DNA of 63,537 nt, counting the filler, from Dicyema japonicum (taxonomy: Eukaryota > Animalia > Dicyemida), in assembly GCA_011109175.1 (NCBI GenBank). It is 9 parts of 9 records of this genome, joined end to end, with 100 filler letters (N's around TTAATTAATTAA, not from the genome) between each part and the next. Parts side by side here need not be neighbours in the genome. Positions count along the whole stretch, not along the records: positions 1 to 13,537 come from RDEW01000028.1; positions 13,638 to 24,198 come from RDEW01000150.1; 7 more parts are not named here. The stretch is one strand, 5' to 3'. The notes under the pieces are model-generated. The model was not told the DNA's origin. It did not search any database and worked only from the letters and a program-made list of their open reading frames with translations. Within the stretch, counting starts at the first letter, position 1. Each line of letters begins with the position of its first letter. Shown piece by piece: positions 10,862 through 21,700 of the stretch. The position numbers and the translations under genes were made by a program.

Positions 10862-12641
10862 TTAAAATTTTTTGGCTTGCAAATTATCGTCTGATAAAAA
10901 CTAATTTTACAAAATTGTACCGCCATGCTAATTATAGGAATCGTAGACGTTGTGGCAGTACCAGTAGTCGTTGAAGGATTTGTTGAAGGATTCGTAGAAG
11001 TTGTGGTAGTAGTTGTCGAGGGAATTCTTCTTGAAATCGTAGATGTCGTTGTAGTAGTTGTTGAAGGATTTGTAGAAGTTGAAATAGTAGTTGTCGAGGG
11101 AATTCTTCTTGGAGTCGTAGATGTCGTGGTAGTAGTTGTTGCAGGATTTGTAGAAGTTGTGGTAGTAGTTGTCGAGGGAATTCTTCTAGGACTCGTAGAT
11201 GTCGTGGTTGGAGGAGTTTTCTTGAATGTAAAAATAAAATACCGTTTTGCATATTAGAGCGATTTCTACGCTGGCTAGCATAGAACATGTGTTAGAAATA
11301 TATATAAAGTTGACAAGACCAGGACTAAGTGAAATACAGGTAATACGTTTTAGCTAGACAACTCACCAAGGTATAACCAATAGGACAACTCCCGGTAACG
11401 TATTTTGATGATGTCGAGGCAGGTCTAAAGTATTTGGTAATTACATAGTATTTTGGGACAGGAAGACAGGTGATATAATTCTAAAATGAACAAAATAAAC
11501 TAACATAAGAATTTCTGTTACTCTTACAGTATCCTCTATAGTAGAGAGGATTCGAGTTGATGGCAAAGCAGTTTTCCATAACATAACCACTGGGACATCT
11601 CTGAGGAGTTTTTGATATCTTGGGAATAGTTTTTGGGACTTAATTACAACCAATAATACGTATTGCGATCCCGAGGACGGTTATTCTCCTAAGTCGTGCC
11701 TTGATTTGACAATTTTTGTGTAATGACATAAGAATAACGTAAAATTTAGTGGGGTGAGCCCTAAAGATGATTTCCAAATAAGCCTGGTATATATCGAGCA
11801 TCCAACGATGAAGGAATCGTATTTTTTGGTAGCCAACTCCTTCTGATTAAATAGTCTCCCCATGACCTGCGTATTGAGTGTACATTCGGCATAAAGCAGC
11901 TTAAATTTATAATTTTACCATATATGTTCTACTAACAGTTCTATATAGTCCATTACACGTGTTTCCAGAGACGTAAGATGATATGCGCATTTTATGTCTG
12001 GGAATTCTGCAAACCCCAATAATATAGTTTGGTGGACAGGTTATCTTTATCCTTAATTTCCTCGATTTCTCCAGTTTTCTATATTTAGCGTTTTCTTAAG
12101 TTTGGGTAACACACGTACTCCGACAAGTGACCTCGAATGTGACAGCATATGAGTTTTTTTTTTGTGTTAATTTGCAGCTATCACTTTTCATTGAAACCGT
12201 ATATTTATCATATGAACTCAACCTTCCCTTACATTAAGGAAACCAACCAGCTGTGAATCCTACAATCTGTGACCACGGATCCAACAGGACACGTGAGTAT
12301 TCCATTTTTGGCAATTTTTCTATATACAGTTACCACGTAATCAGCTATGGGCACACACGTGGCGATAGCCTATTGGATATTAGATACTTTACCTTAGTTT
12401 TTCCTATTCCATTGCTTCTTACTTGGCATAAGTTTCCTTGGACGTATGATCCGTAGGAGTAAGACTTATGGTTAGGACGACAGCTATTAATGTGGGAGTT
12501 CAATGGACAAAATGCTGTCGATATGTCGCCCCTAGTTCGTACCAGTCTCCCATATATAGTTAAATGAGCATCGCAAACTAATTTATGCTTAACATTACTT
12601 GAGAAAAGTAAGGAATGTACTATAACTCCTATCATTATCAT
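10862..12641 (-). CDS. Putative secreted protein: signal peptide + six PCSK9-CHRD/resistin-like Cys modules + Thr-rich mucin tail
   Basis: Signal-like MIMIGVIVHSLLFSICDA. Modules start CPLNSHINSC, CPVGSVVTDC, CPPNYIIGVC, (K)KYDSFIVGC, CPSGYVMENC, CPIGYTLVSC. Introns at 12578-12598, 12370-12392, 12223-12247, 12095-12118, 11900-11918, 11761-11783 (GC-AG), 11639-11659, 11481-11504, 11325-11346, 11221-11242 link them in frame to RRIPSTTTTTTSTNP repeats. Splicing around module 4 and at the last exon is uncertain. Confidence 0.7.
10985..11215 (-). repeat. 78-bp (26-aa) coding tandem repeat, about 3 copies, Thr/Ser/Pro-rich
   Basis: The anchor gtcgagggaattcttct recurs at 11015, 11093 and 11171. Confidence 0.9.
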
Positions 12642-13537
12642 TTAAACCATCTCCCGTTTATAAATTCAGTAAAATCCCAGAATGTATTGATTAGAGACTT
12701 GACAATTTGGATACTTTAATTTTAAAAATAATTGTTATTACAAGTATATACAGATGTTCTTAACACTTTCAGTCTTGTTTTGGTTAACTTATCATAATTC
12801 CTATCATCTGTATACTCAGGGATTAGTAAATCTTCCTCTGTGTTCTCTAGTCAGATTCCTTTCATCCAATTTCCTGAGCATTTACGACAACCATTATGAT
12901 AGAATAGATCTGGGTGCGTATAGAGCTTATTTGTGGGGGTAGAGTTATTTATTCATTTTTATAACAAAATTGTTCTAAACGGGAATTTTCAATTATGCAC
13001 CATAAATTATAATGTTAGGTCAAAAGCTTTAGTCAAAAACACCTACTTGTAAGTAATAATTTGCCACGTGGATAGCTGTAACAATTTTATTAAACATTAG
13101 TATTTGTTTAAGCTATTTTCTACCTTGATAATAGTTTTTTGTTTATATAACTGTACTTCCTATAAGCATATTGTTTGATACCCACGCATATGGCTTTGCT
13201 CTACAAATTTATACACGACTTGTTCTCAGAAAAGAAATAAAATTGGGAACCACGACTTCTTACTCATACCAAATGTCTACTAGCCAAAGTAGCGTTTTGT
13301 TATTTTGTAAAGTGACCACTCTTTACAGGTGATTGATCCCTAATCCTAGTTTCATTTATACCTCAGTAAAGCGTATTTTCGACCTCGTCTAACTAATCAG
13401 CACCCACAAACCGTCGAAAACTCAATAGTGAGGACCAGGGGTTTCCAAAAATAATCAGGTCATCGCCCCTTTTAACAAACTTTTACAAAATATCGCCCAC
13501 CGAGAAAACCTATAAGGTAACGAGTTGGAAATAAAAA

Positions 13538-13637
13538 NNNNNNNNNNNNNNNNNNNNNNNNNNNNNNNNNNNNNNNNNNNNTTAATTAATTAANNNNNNN
13601 NNNNNNNNNNNNNNNNNNNNNNNNNNNNNNNNNNNNN
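13538..13637. other. Artificial contig-joining linker (44 N + TTAATTAATTAA + 44 N); the same linker is at 24199-24298, 28099-28198, 31142-31241, 45188-45287, 47875-47974, 59091-59190, 61124-61223
   Basis: The same 100-bp structure with a six-frame stop core occurs eight times. Confidence 0.97.
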
Positions 13638-13689
13638 CGCTTGATTTTTGGTCCAATTTGTGCTTCTCTGACTGTCCTCAGCCAACGAA

Positions 13690-14030
13690 AGACCCGAACT
13701 CTTTTTTCAATGGGAAAGTTGTAGATACCTCGTCTGCAACCTGTGTGGATGGCCTCTCCCCTTACAACTTTGAACTTGTGTCAACTCACCAGGATCAGCC
13801 TCGGAAAGTGTCGAGGCCCTTAAGAAAAAAAATGAGAAAGTCTCGGTTGAAATTTCTTAGTGAGACATCAAGAGTCATTAGGAGCAAATCACTAACCCTG
13901 CTGAACTGCATTGGATGCTTATCGAGAGGAAGAAACAAATAAGCTATAGTGGTGTGCTTATTTAGCAAATTTCTTTACAAATCTTGAAAGAAACGAGTGA
14001 CGCCGCCTTCAGTGAATGCCAAACCAGAGC
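13690..14030 (+). mobile_element. CRE-like element 3' relic
   Basis: Reads FFQWESCRYLV..PGSASESVEALKKK..ETSRVIRSKSLTLLNCIG..QISLQIL, parallel to 58600-58870. Confidence 0.6.
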
Positions 14031-14630
14031 CTATAAAGGGACTGACGAGACAAAAAAGTTAAGAAAATTAGTTAGCATGACTAGTTTATTTTAAAGATAA
14101 AGTGTAAGTATGCTATTATAAAAAATACTGTAAATTAAGTGATGGGGGAAGTAATATTAAACGGTAGGGCATGCCAACCGACTTCTACCCCGACAGTCAC
14201 CCCAAAATAATCCGTAAACACAGGGTCATCACGAAAGATGTGACAGATACTTTAGTGCAATTTTTGAAACCTCGAATGAGATTTTCTATAGTTCCGCCAA
14301 CCTTGCACATTTTTCCTTCCAACTATAGGACATTTTTCCTTCCATGGGAGGACTTATCCTGTAAGCAAGCTTTAGAGGAAAATTTCGCGTTTTCTCAAAT
14401 TTCTTGAGGATAGAGTCTTTCTTTTTCGAATCGTACCATCCTTCTAAAGCAATGGTTCTTAACGAAGACGCTGGAACATATTAGAGGGGCGCTGGAATTT
14501 TAATTTTTTTTAATTATTATAAATATTTTTTTTTGTTTTAATTAATTTTACTTTTCTTGTGTGTACTTTTCTAAAAAATTATTTACTGATATATTTATAA
14601 ATATTTTCTAATTTTATTTAATATTTTATA

Positions 14631-14880
14631 GATTGTGATAAAAAAGTAAAACGGGAACCCCCGTGGTGGGGAAAATTTGATGGCTCTTATCGTTCCTGGC
14701 TCGTTTGATTGCGGGAACTGGGATTACCTAACCCTCAAGAATGTCAAATCATCTTGATTGTGATAAAAAAGTAAAACGGGAACCCCCGTGGTGGGGAAAA
14801 TTTGATGGCTCTTATCGTTCCTGGCTCGTTTGATTGCGGGAACTGGGATTACCTAACCCTCAAGAATGTCAAATCATCTT
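14631..14880. repeat. Exact 125-bp tandem duplication
   Basis: 14631-14755 is repeated at 14756-14880. Confidence 0.9.
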
Positions 14881-14889
14881 AAGATTTTT

Positions 14890-15400
14890 CATCGTGAGAA
14901 ACTTGATGCAGATGTTATCAAGAAACCTCATACTACTGGAGAGTCCTTAATATTATCAGCTGTCAAAGAAATACTTGATTCAATGGTTGATGAAATGGCA
15001 TTTGATTTTGACGAAACCTTACTTCAAAGATAGAGTATCTGTGATGTTATGCGCAAATACGTCTGGAAATCATAAATTAAATCCTTTATTGATTGGAAAA
15101 TTAAAATGCCACGTGTTTCGAAAAAAATATGATTATCNNNNNNNNNNNNNNNNNNNNNNNNNNNNNNNNNNNNNNNNNNNNNNNNNNNNNNNNNNNNNNN
15201 NNNNNNNNAGAAGTCAATTTCGCTCCTTATAGATAATTGTCCCTTTCATTGCTTGGCATCGAATTTGGAAAAAATTAAAATAATGTTTTTTTCCTAAAAA
15301 TGCTACAGAATTAATTTAGCCAATGGATTTGAAAATATAAAACATTTAAGGTTTACTTTAATAGTCAAAAATTGGGATATCTGGGAATCGAATTTTATTT
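14890..15400 (+). mobile_element. Adjacent hAT (Buster/ZBED-like) and pogo/Tigger DDE-1 transposase scraps
   Basis: PHTTGESLILSAVKEI (hAT Buster type), then KDRVSVMLCANTSGNHKLNPLLIGK and DNCPFH..FFPKNATELI*PMD (pogo DDE-1). Confidence 0.7.
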
Positions 15401-16289
15401 TGATAGAATTTAATAGTTTATACTTTTTTGAAAAAATTTTTTATTTGTAATAAAATCAAATTTAGTTATTTTCAACGGCGAGAAATTTTTCTAATGACTA
15501 TTTTAAAATTATTGATTAAATTCTGAAATTTGCCGCAAAAAATGCTGGAACCAAAAATTGCAAATTTGGAAAAGTTTACTGTATATTAAATGTAGTTATG
15601 TTGTTGCGGAATTAATNNNNNNNNNNNNNNNNNNNNNNNNNNNNNNNNNNNNNNNNNNNNNNNNNNNNNNNNNNNNNNNNNNNNNNNNNNNNNNNNNNNN
15701 NNNNNNNNNNNNNNNNNNNNNNNNNNNNNNNNNNNNNNNNNNNNNNNNNNNNNNNNNNNNNNNNNNNNNNNNNNNNNNNNNNNNNNNNNNNNNNNNNNNN
15801 NNNNNNNNNNNNNNNNNNNNNNNNNNNNNNNNNNNNNNNNNNNNNNNNNNNNNNNNNNNNNNNNNNNNNNNNNNNNNNNNNNNNNNNNNNNNNNNNNNNN
15901 NNNNNNNNNNNNNNNNNNNNNNNNNNNNNNNNNNNNNNNNNNNNNNNNNNNNNNNNNNNNNNNNNNNNNNNNNNNNNNNNNNNNNNNNNNNNNNNNNNNN
16001 NNNNNNNNNNNNNNNNNNNNNNNNNNNNNNNNNNNNNNNNNNNNNNNNNNNNNNNNNNNNNNNNNNNNNNNNNNNNNNNNNNNNNNNNNNNNNNNNNNNN
16101 NNNNNNNNNNNNNNNNNNNNNNNNNNNNNNNNNNNNNNNNNNNNNNNNNNNNNNNNNNNNNNNNNNNNNNNNNNNNNNNNNNNNNNNNNNNNNNNNNNNN
16201 NNNNNNNNNNNNNNNNNNNNNNNNNNNNNNNNNNNNNNNNNNNNNNNNNNNNNNNNNNNNNNNNNNNNNNNNNNNNNNNNNNNNNNNNN

Positions 16290-16670
16290 ATCCATATATA
16301 TTTTTAAATACTTGGAAGCGATCGCGTCCCAGGTAATAACAATCGGAAGTATTTTTACTTTGGCTTTATAAATTATTTCTAATTTACTTGCCAGAATATC
16401 ATATTTATGAAGTTTTTTAACTTCAACTGCTTTTAAATTATCCATACACGTCACTCCAATCTCTATTAGCCATATCTGGTTTAATTTTTTGTCGTATAGA
16501 AAAATTTCCGGCTTGTTATATTGAATTTATGATTCGGTAGGGATAGTAGTCTCAACTCGTATATCAACACGGTCGTTGTTAATTACGGTTTAAATAGAGT
16601 GAGTCTTTCACCTTTTTGATTTTTTGAATCCAAATTTTCTTCATAGGTGCATGTGTATACATTTTGGAAT
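16290..16670 (-). mobile_element. R4-like RLE retroelement, endonuclease fragment
   Basis: Reads KCIHMHL..DIRVETTI..NKPEIFLYDKK..LIEIGVT..KLHKYDILA; same family as 8545-9620. Confidence 0.85.
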
Positions 16671-16680
16671 CCAACTATTC

Positions 16681-17547
16681 CCCTATGCGGCCTTCGGCCG
16701 CGGTGTGTTTGCTTCTTATTTTAAGTTGAAAAACTTTTTATACAATTTTTAAAATTTTATTAACCAAAAATTTAAACTAATCGTGTGAGTCTACTAATGT
16801 GAATGGAATCAATTTCTGTTCCATTTTCATCTTTTAACACACATAAATTATTTTTTTTGTCGACGATATAAAATTTCTCTGAAGATATTTCATCGTGAAG
16901 AGGATATTTCCTATTATTCACATTTGCGTCTCTATCATGTCGGATAATAACAGAATCTCTTCCATTTTCATCTTTTAACACACATAAATTATTTTTTTTG
17001 TCGACGATATAAAATTTCTCTGAAGATATTTCATCGTGAAGAGGATATTTCCTATTATTCACATTTGCGTCTCTATCATGTCGGATAATAACAGAATCTC
17101 CGACATTTATATCCTCTTCGTCGAATTTCCATTTCCTTTTTTTAGACATTTTCGCTCCTGCTTTTTCTAAATTTTCTACTACATTATTTCTCTGTTCTAA
17201 TATTGCAACTGTATTTTTTTCTGTAATGTCTTCGTATAGTATTTCTTCATTTATATCGTCTGCAGTAAACATTTCAAGTGATTTAATTTTATTATGAATT
17301 GTTTGGTTTTTAGTAATTCTCATAAACACGTCAAATGGTTTGTGTTTCGTAGTATCATGTTTTGTTGTGTTATAGTCATACACAATTTTCTTAATAATAT
17401 CCAAATATCTCCCAAATGTTCCATTCGTAGCACTTTTAGCCGATATCCATCTTTTTATAGATTGATTGAATCTATATAATTAAATTTTTCTTAAGCGACC
17501 TTTCCACCTGGCCTTGAATCCAAGGTGCTCTTGGCCTGCCGAAAACT
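16681..17547 (-). mobile_element. Ginger-like retroviral-type integrase element, 3' part (with a 141-bp internal duplication)
   Basis: Reads GRPRAPWIQGQVER..YNTTKHDTTKHKPFDVF..VGDSVII..IHISRL: the integrase catalytic E region plus an SH3-like tail. No RT or LTR seen. Confidence 0.75.
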
Positions 17548-17548
17548 N

Positions 17549-17850
17549 ATATTGTGATGCTGTGATCATGGTCAATTTTATCCATAATTTGCCTCAGCGT
17601 AATGAAGTGATTGATATCATGATATTTAGAAATATCATGTTTTATGTCATTTGATAATTTTAACGGTCTTGCAGAGCCTATTCTTCTAGACAGGGATTCA
17701 TTATTTTGTATTTTTGAGTGTATTTTTTGCACCGCCGATTTCGAAATCTTGTATTTTATGGCAATAAATTTTTGCGAAAGTCCATTACTTAAATCTTCGG
17801 CAATTAAAGTTTTCTCCACTTGCGACAAGTGTTTCGGCATTCAAGTGCTT
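17549..17850 (-). mobile_element. Tc1/mariner transposase N-terminal HTH fragment
   Basis: Reads GLSQKFIAIKYKISKSAVQKI..RRIGSARPLKLS..ITLRQI (paired-like HTH and GRPR-type linker). Confidence 0.7.
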
Positions 17851-19058
17851 ANTTAATCTATTAAATATTAAAACAAAAATATCCGGATAACCATACATCT
17901 GTAATTGTAATCTATATATATAAAATAGAAACACTATTTAGTTTATTTGTTTATTTGTATGTATATACTTATTGATTTTTCAAAAACATTCGAAATTAAG
18001 TGGTTACAAGTGAGATTCCACTTTTAAACCACGCTCCCCAAATTAAAAAAATTTCTGCATTTTGGATAAAAAGAACAACAAGCATGTCCTCGACTTACAT
18101 GATGAGGTCCCTAAAACCTTCCCGCCAAAAAAATTAAAAAAACATTTTCTGCATTTTGGTTAAAATGAACAACNAGGAGGTTTTCTTTAAATTATTCATT
18201 TTTAGGAGATTCCCCATTTCATAGATATCGTGGGATTAAAGGATCGAACAACTTCATTCCCGAAAAAGAGACTGGAGATAAGGTAAACTCAAATTATTCT
18301 AAATTGTAGATAAGGATTCAAACGGAATATGCTACCAATCCTTCACTTGCACTCAAGAAATTCGAAAGTCCAGAGAAGCTTGTACAATAAGTGAAATCCT
18401 TCGCATAATATGGTCAAAGTTCAAATGGACGATGAAACTACTAAGAAGACACTTATCAAAAGAATTAAAAAAATTAAATAACATAATTTGTCTTGATTGT
18501 TTGTTAATAAAAAAACTAGTTCTTAAAAAAATCCTAATTAAAAGAGAAAAATTTGTAACTCAACCATACTATGATTTTTTGATGTTTAAACAATAATGTA
18601 GCGAACCTTAAATTTCCTTCCAAAATGTATAAAATACAGTTCTCCTATAAAATATAGATTTCTGACTTACAAATTCACGTAAATTTCTGCGTTTTAATTA
18701 TTTATGAAGCATTTTGAATTTTTCTTATTTGAAAAAAATAGCAATTCAAAAATTAAAATATTATTTTTAGTTAAGAAATCGTTTTTAAAGCACAGTCTAG
18801 TTCGTATTAATTTTTAAATTTTATCATCGAAAATATTGACATCCAATTCCATTTCTTAGTATTTGTCATTTTATAATATTTATTTTGACAAAGTCGATTT
18901 TGAAATTGAATTCGAATATTTTTTTGAATTTTTTTCTAAGTCCATAAGTGTAACGACCTAGGCTCGGTAACACCCTAGGCTCGTGACATATTAAGAGNAA
19001 GAAATCGTTTTTAAAGCACAGTCTAGTTGGCATTAATTTTAAATTTTATCATCCAATA

Positions 19059-20483
19059 TGTGACATGGGCAACCAGGCCCCTATGGGCAACCTGTCCATT
19101 TACGTGTTACTATGGCAACTACTTAACAAATTATTACTAATAACTTTAAAAATTAATAGATATTTAATTGTTATTTCTTTAAACGAGACATCAACACCGA
19201 TTTTTTTTCACCATCTGAAAATTCGACCTATACATGAGTACTTGGATTCGAATTTATCCAACATTAAAGCTGGATTCGTTCCGTAATCCTTTGCAATCCG
19301 AACCTTAATGAGATTAAAAGTTAATTTACTACTTTATCCCCTATGGCATAACTGTATTTACTACAATGCACGCCCATTTTCCTAACCTCTATACATGAAT
19401 ACTTGGATTCGAATTTATCCAACATTAAAGCTGGATTCGTTCCGTAATCTTTTGCAATCCGAACCTTAATAAGAGTAAAAGTTAATTTACTACTTTATCC
19501 CCTATGGCATAATTGTATTTACTATAATGCACGCCCATTTTCCTAACATGTGATCTAGGGTTATTAGGTCTGCCGTGGATCTGTTGAATTTTGAACTTTT
19601 CACAGAGAACCCGAATGTCGGTATTTTTGAATTCTGTCCCATTGTAGAATCTGACATGGACCATTAAGATAAAATAGGGACTTGAGATTTTTTGAAACCT
19701 CGACTCCTGACTTATTCATTAGTAGCCTAGCAAAAGCAAAACTAAAATAATTATAATTATAAAACCGAACTTTTCAGATCAATAAGGTCAATTTGAAATC
19801 GCTCATTCGGAGCAGAGGCGAAAACATGATTAGTTTCATCTACGGTCTAAAACATTAATAAAACAGACTTAACTTTAAGTGGAAGAGAAAGCTTGCAGAC
19901 ATCGATCGCACTCTGAAATGACTTTTCTTATGACCTCACTTTTCACGATAAATTAATGCCGGCGACAGAGAAATTCAATTTTGTTGACGCCTCTGTGAGA
20001 CATCAAATGTAAAGAACGAGCATGGGTCTCCATCTCTGCCAGACAGTCAGAAGGAATTACTAGTTTTTCAATTTCCCCTTTCAAATAAAGTCTATGGATT
20101 AAAACAGATTAATACTTATAATTTTTTTGACAAAAATGGGAAGCTTTTTCAGCTAACCGGCGTCGGCCTCGGGCATTCATATCCGCCGGGAATATCCCGA
20201 TTAACGCTTCCTTAATTTGATTGTATTCGGAAATGTTTCTGACGTAACCCTTAAACCCAGACATAATCAACTGTCTGAAACCACGCTGTTAAAATTAATA
20301 CACTTTTGGGTAGGCCATTTTTAAAAAGATAATTCAATTGCAATTTTTAATTAGAATTATTGGTTTATCTACACTCATCCATATATGAATTGCTATATTC
20401 AATATTTAATATTTTTTCTGCGGTTGTCATGGATACACGTAAATGGACAGGCTGCCCATAGCGACATGGTTGCCCATGTCACA
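19059..20483 (-). mobile_element. Ginger/TDD-type DNA transposon with 49-bp TGT...ACA terminal inverted repeats and a decayed HHCC-DDE integrase
   Basis: The TIRs at 19059-19107 and 20435-20483 match at about 44/49 nt, with flanks caata / taata. Internal minus-strand remnants read HLMSHRG..CDRC, ERFQIDLIDL, NGTEFKN, HGRP, IGDKV. Confidence 0.85.
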
Positions 20484-20495
20484 TAATATTTATNN

Positions 20496-21700
20496 CAGTG
20501 TTCCCTCTAAGCGAGTGGTAGCTATGCGCGCTGGGCACACTGCATTGTGCAGCGTTATAAAGTGACGTGTGCAAAAAATTTTAGGGGGGAAAATTTTACA
20601 ACTAAAAAACCAATGGTTAAAAAAAATAGGTCTAGTCAATTGGATATTCTCTTCTGTTTTTATTTTGTATCCAAAATTTGTATACTCGATCAAGATCCAC
20701 TGTATGCCCACTTGTTAAATAGAACTTGATTCGCATGATCATCTCCAAATGGTCAATCTCAAGTCTATTACGAAGTTTCGTTTAGATACAGTTCATCAAA
20801 CTAAATCCACGTTCAGCATCAGCACTCGACGCTTGAAATGTGCCACAAATATCCACAAATGTCGCAATGGCTAAAAATTTCTTCTCCGCTAGTACATAGT
20901 AAATTACATCTCCAAATGTTTTCAAAGCACCAGAGTGCAGTTTTTCTTTTAAAATAAACTTGAGATCTGTATATTCCGACTGCAGTTTTATGAGTGCGAC
21001 TTCTGAAGAGAGTAAATTTTCATAGTTTTTCGCTAATTTAATTATCTCCTCTTTTCCAAATTCAAAGTTTGTCTGATTTTGAATTGCTTGAGTGTTAAAT
21101 GCTGCCCATTCTCTTAATTCGTCAGCTGGAAATTTTTTTTGTAAATGCAGATAAACATGCTCGATAAAGCATAGGATTTCATCTGTATTTGTATCTCCAT
21201 AACCAGTTGTTGATAACAACATCTTCGCACTGTCACTTCAGTAAACTTCATTTCCATCCAAATATTGAGATTTCAGCTTCGAAATTTTTGCTCTGGCAAA
21301 CTGTACAGCTTCTATAATCTATATACAGTTTCTTTGTAAAACTGTGCATAAATCTGCTAATTCAGCCAAAACTTCATTTAAGACAGTTAAAGCAACATGA
21401 ATAAGGAGATATTGAAGTTGTTTTAAGCAATATTTTGCAATCGGATCATTATCATCGTCAACTTGTTTCATGAAATATTCAATTAAAATTGTGTAGTTTT
21501 TTATCAAGGCTTTAACAGCAAAATGTCGAGACATCCATCTCACTTCATTTAGTGGCTTAAATGAAACAACATCTTCAACAACAACATTAGCCAGCTCCTA
21601 AAATGCAGCTTATTTATACTTGATCGATTGAAAACAGTATAAACAGTCCGGAGTAATATCTCAATATTTTTCACAAGATTNAACAGAATTTTAGACGCAA
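20496..21700 (-). mobile_element. hAT transposon 3' half (ZNF862-like transposase, hATC dimerisation motif) with terminal repeat
   Basis: Reads SFKPLSEVRWMSRHFAV..TFQASSADAERGFSLMN..TKLRNRL. A hAT-type end, CAGTGTTCCCTCTAAG, starts at 20496. Confidence 0.85.

Noticed and set aside
10925-11288. Val-rich plus-strand ORF 10925-11257 and Leu/Gln-rich minus-strand ORF 10932-11288 as genes
   Set aside because: Both are shadow frames of the Thr-rich repeat exon, which joins the upstream Cys modules through a canonical intron.
13582-13593. TTAATTAATTAA palindrome as a biological motif
   Set aside because: It always sits in the centre of exactly 44+44 Ns, eight times. It is an artificial six-frame-stop spacer, so gene neighbourhoods across it mean nothing.
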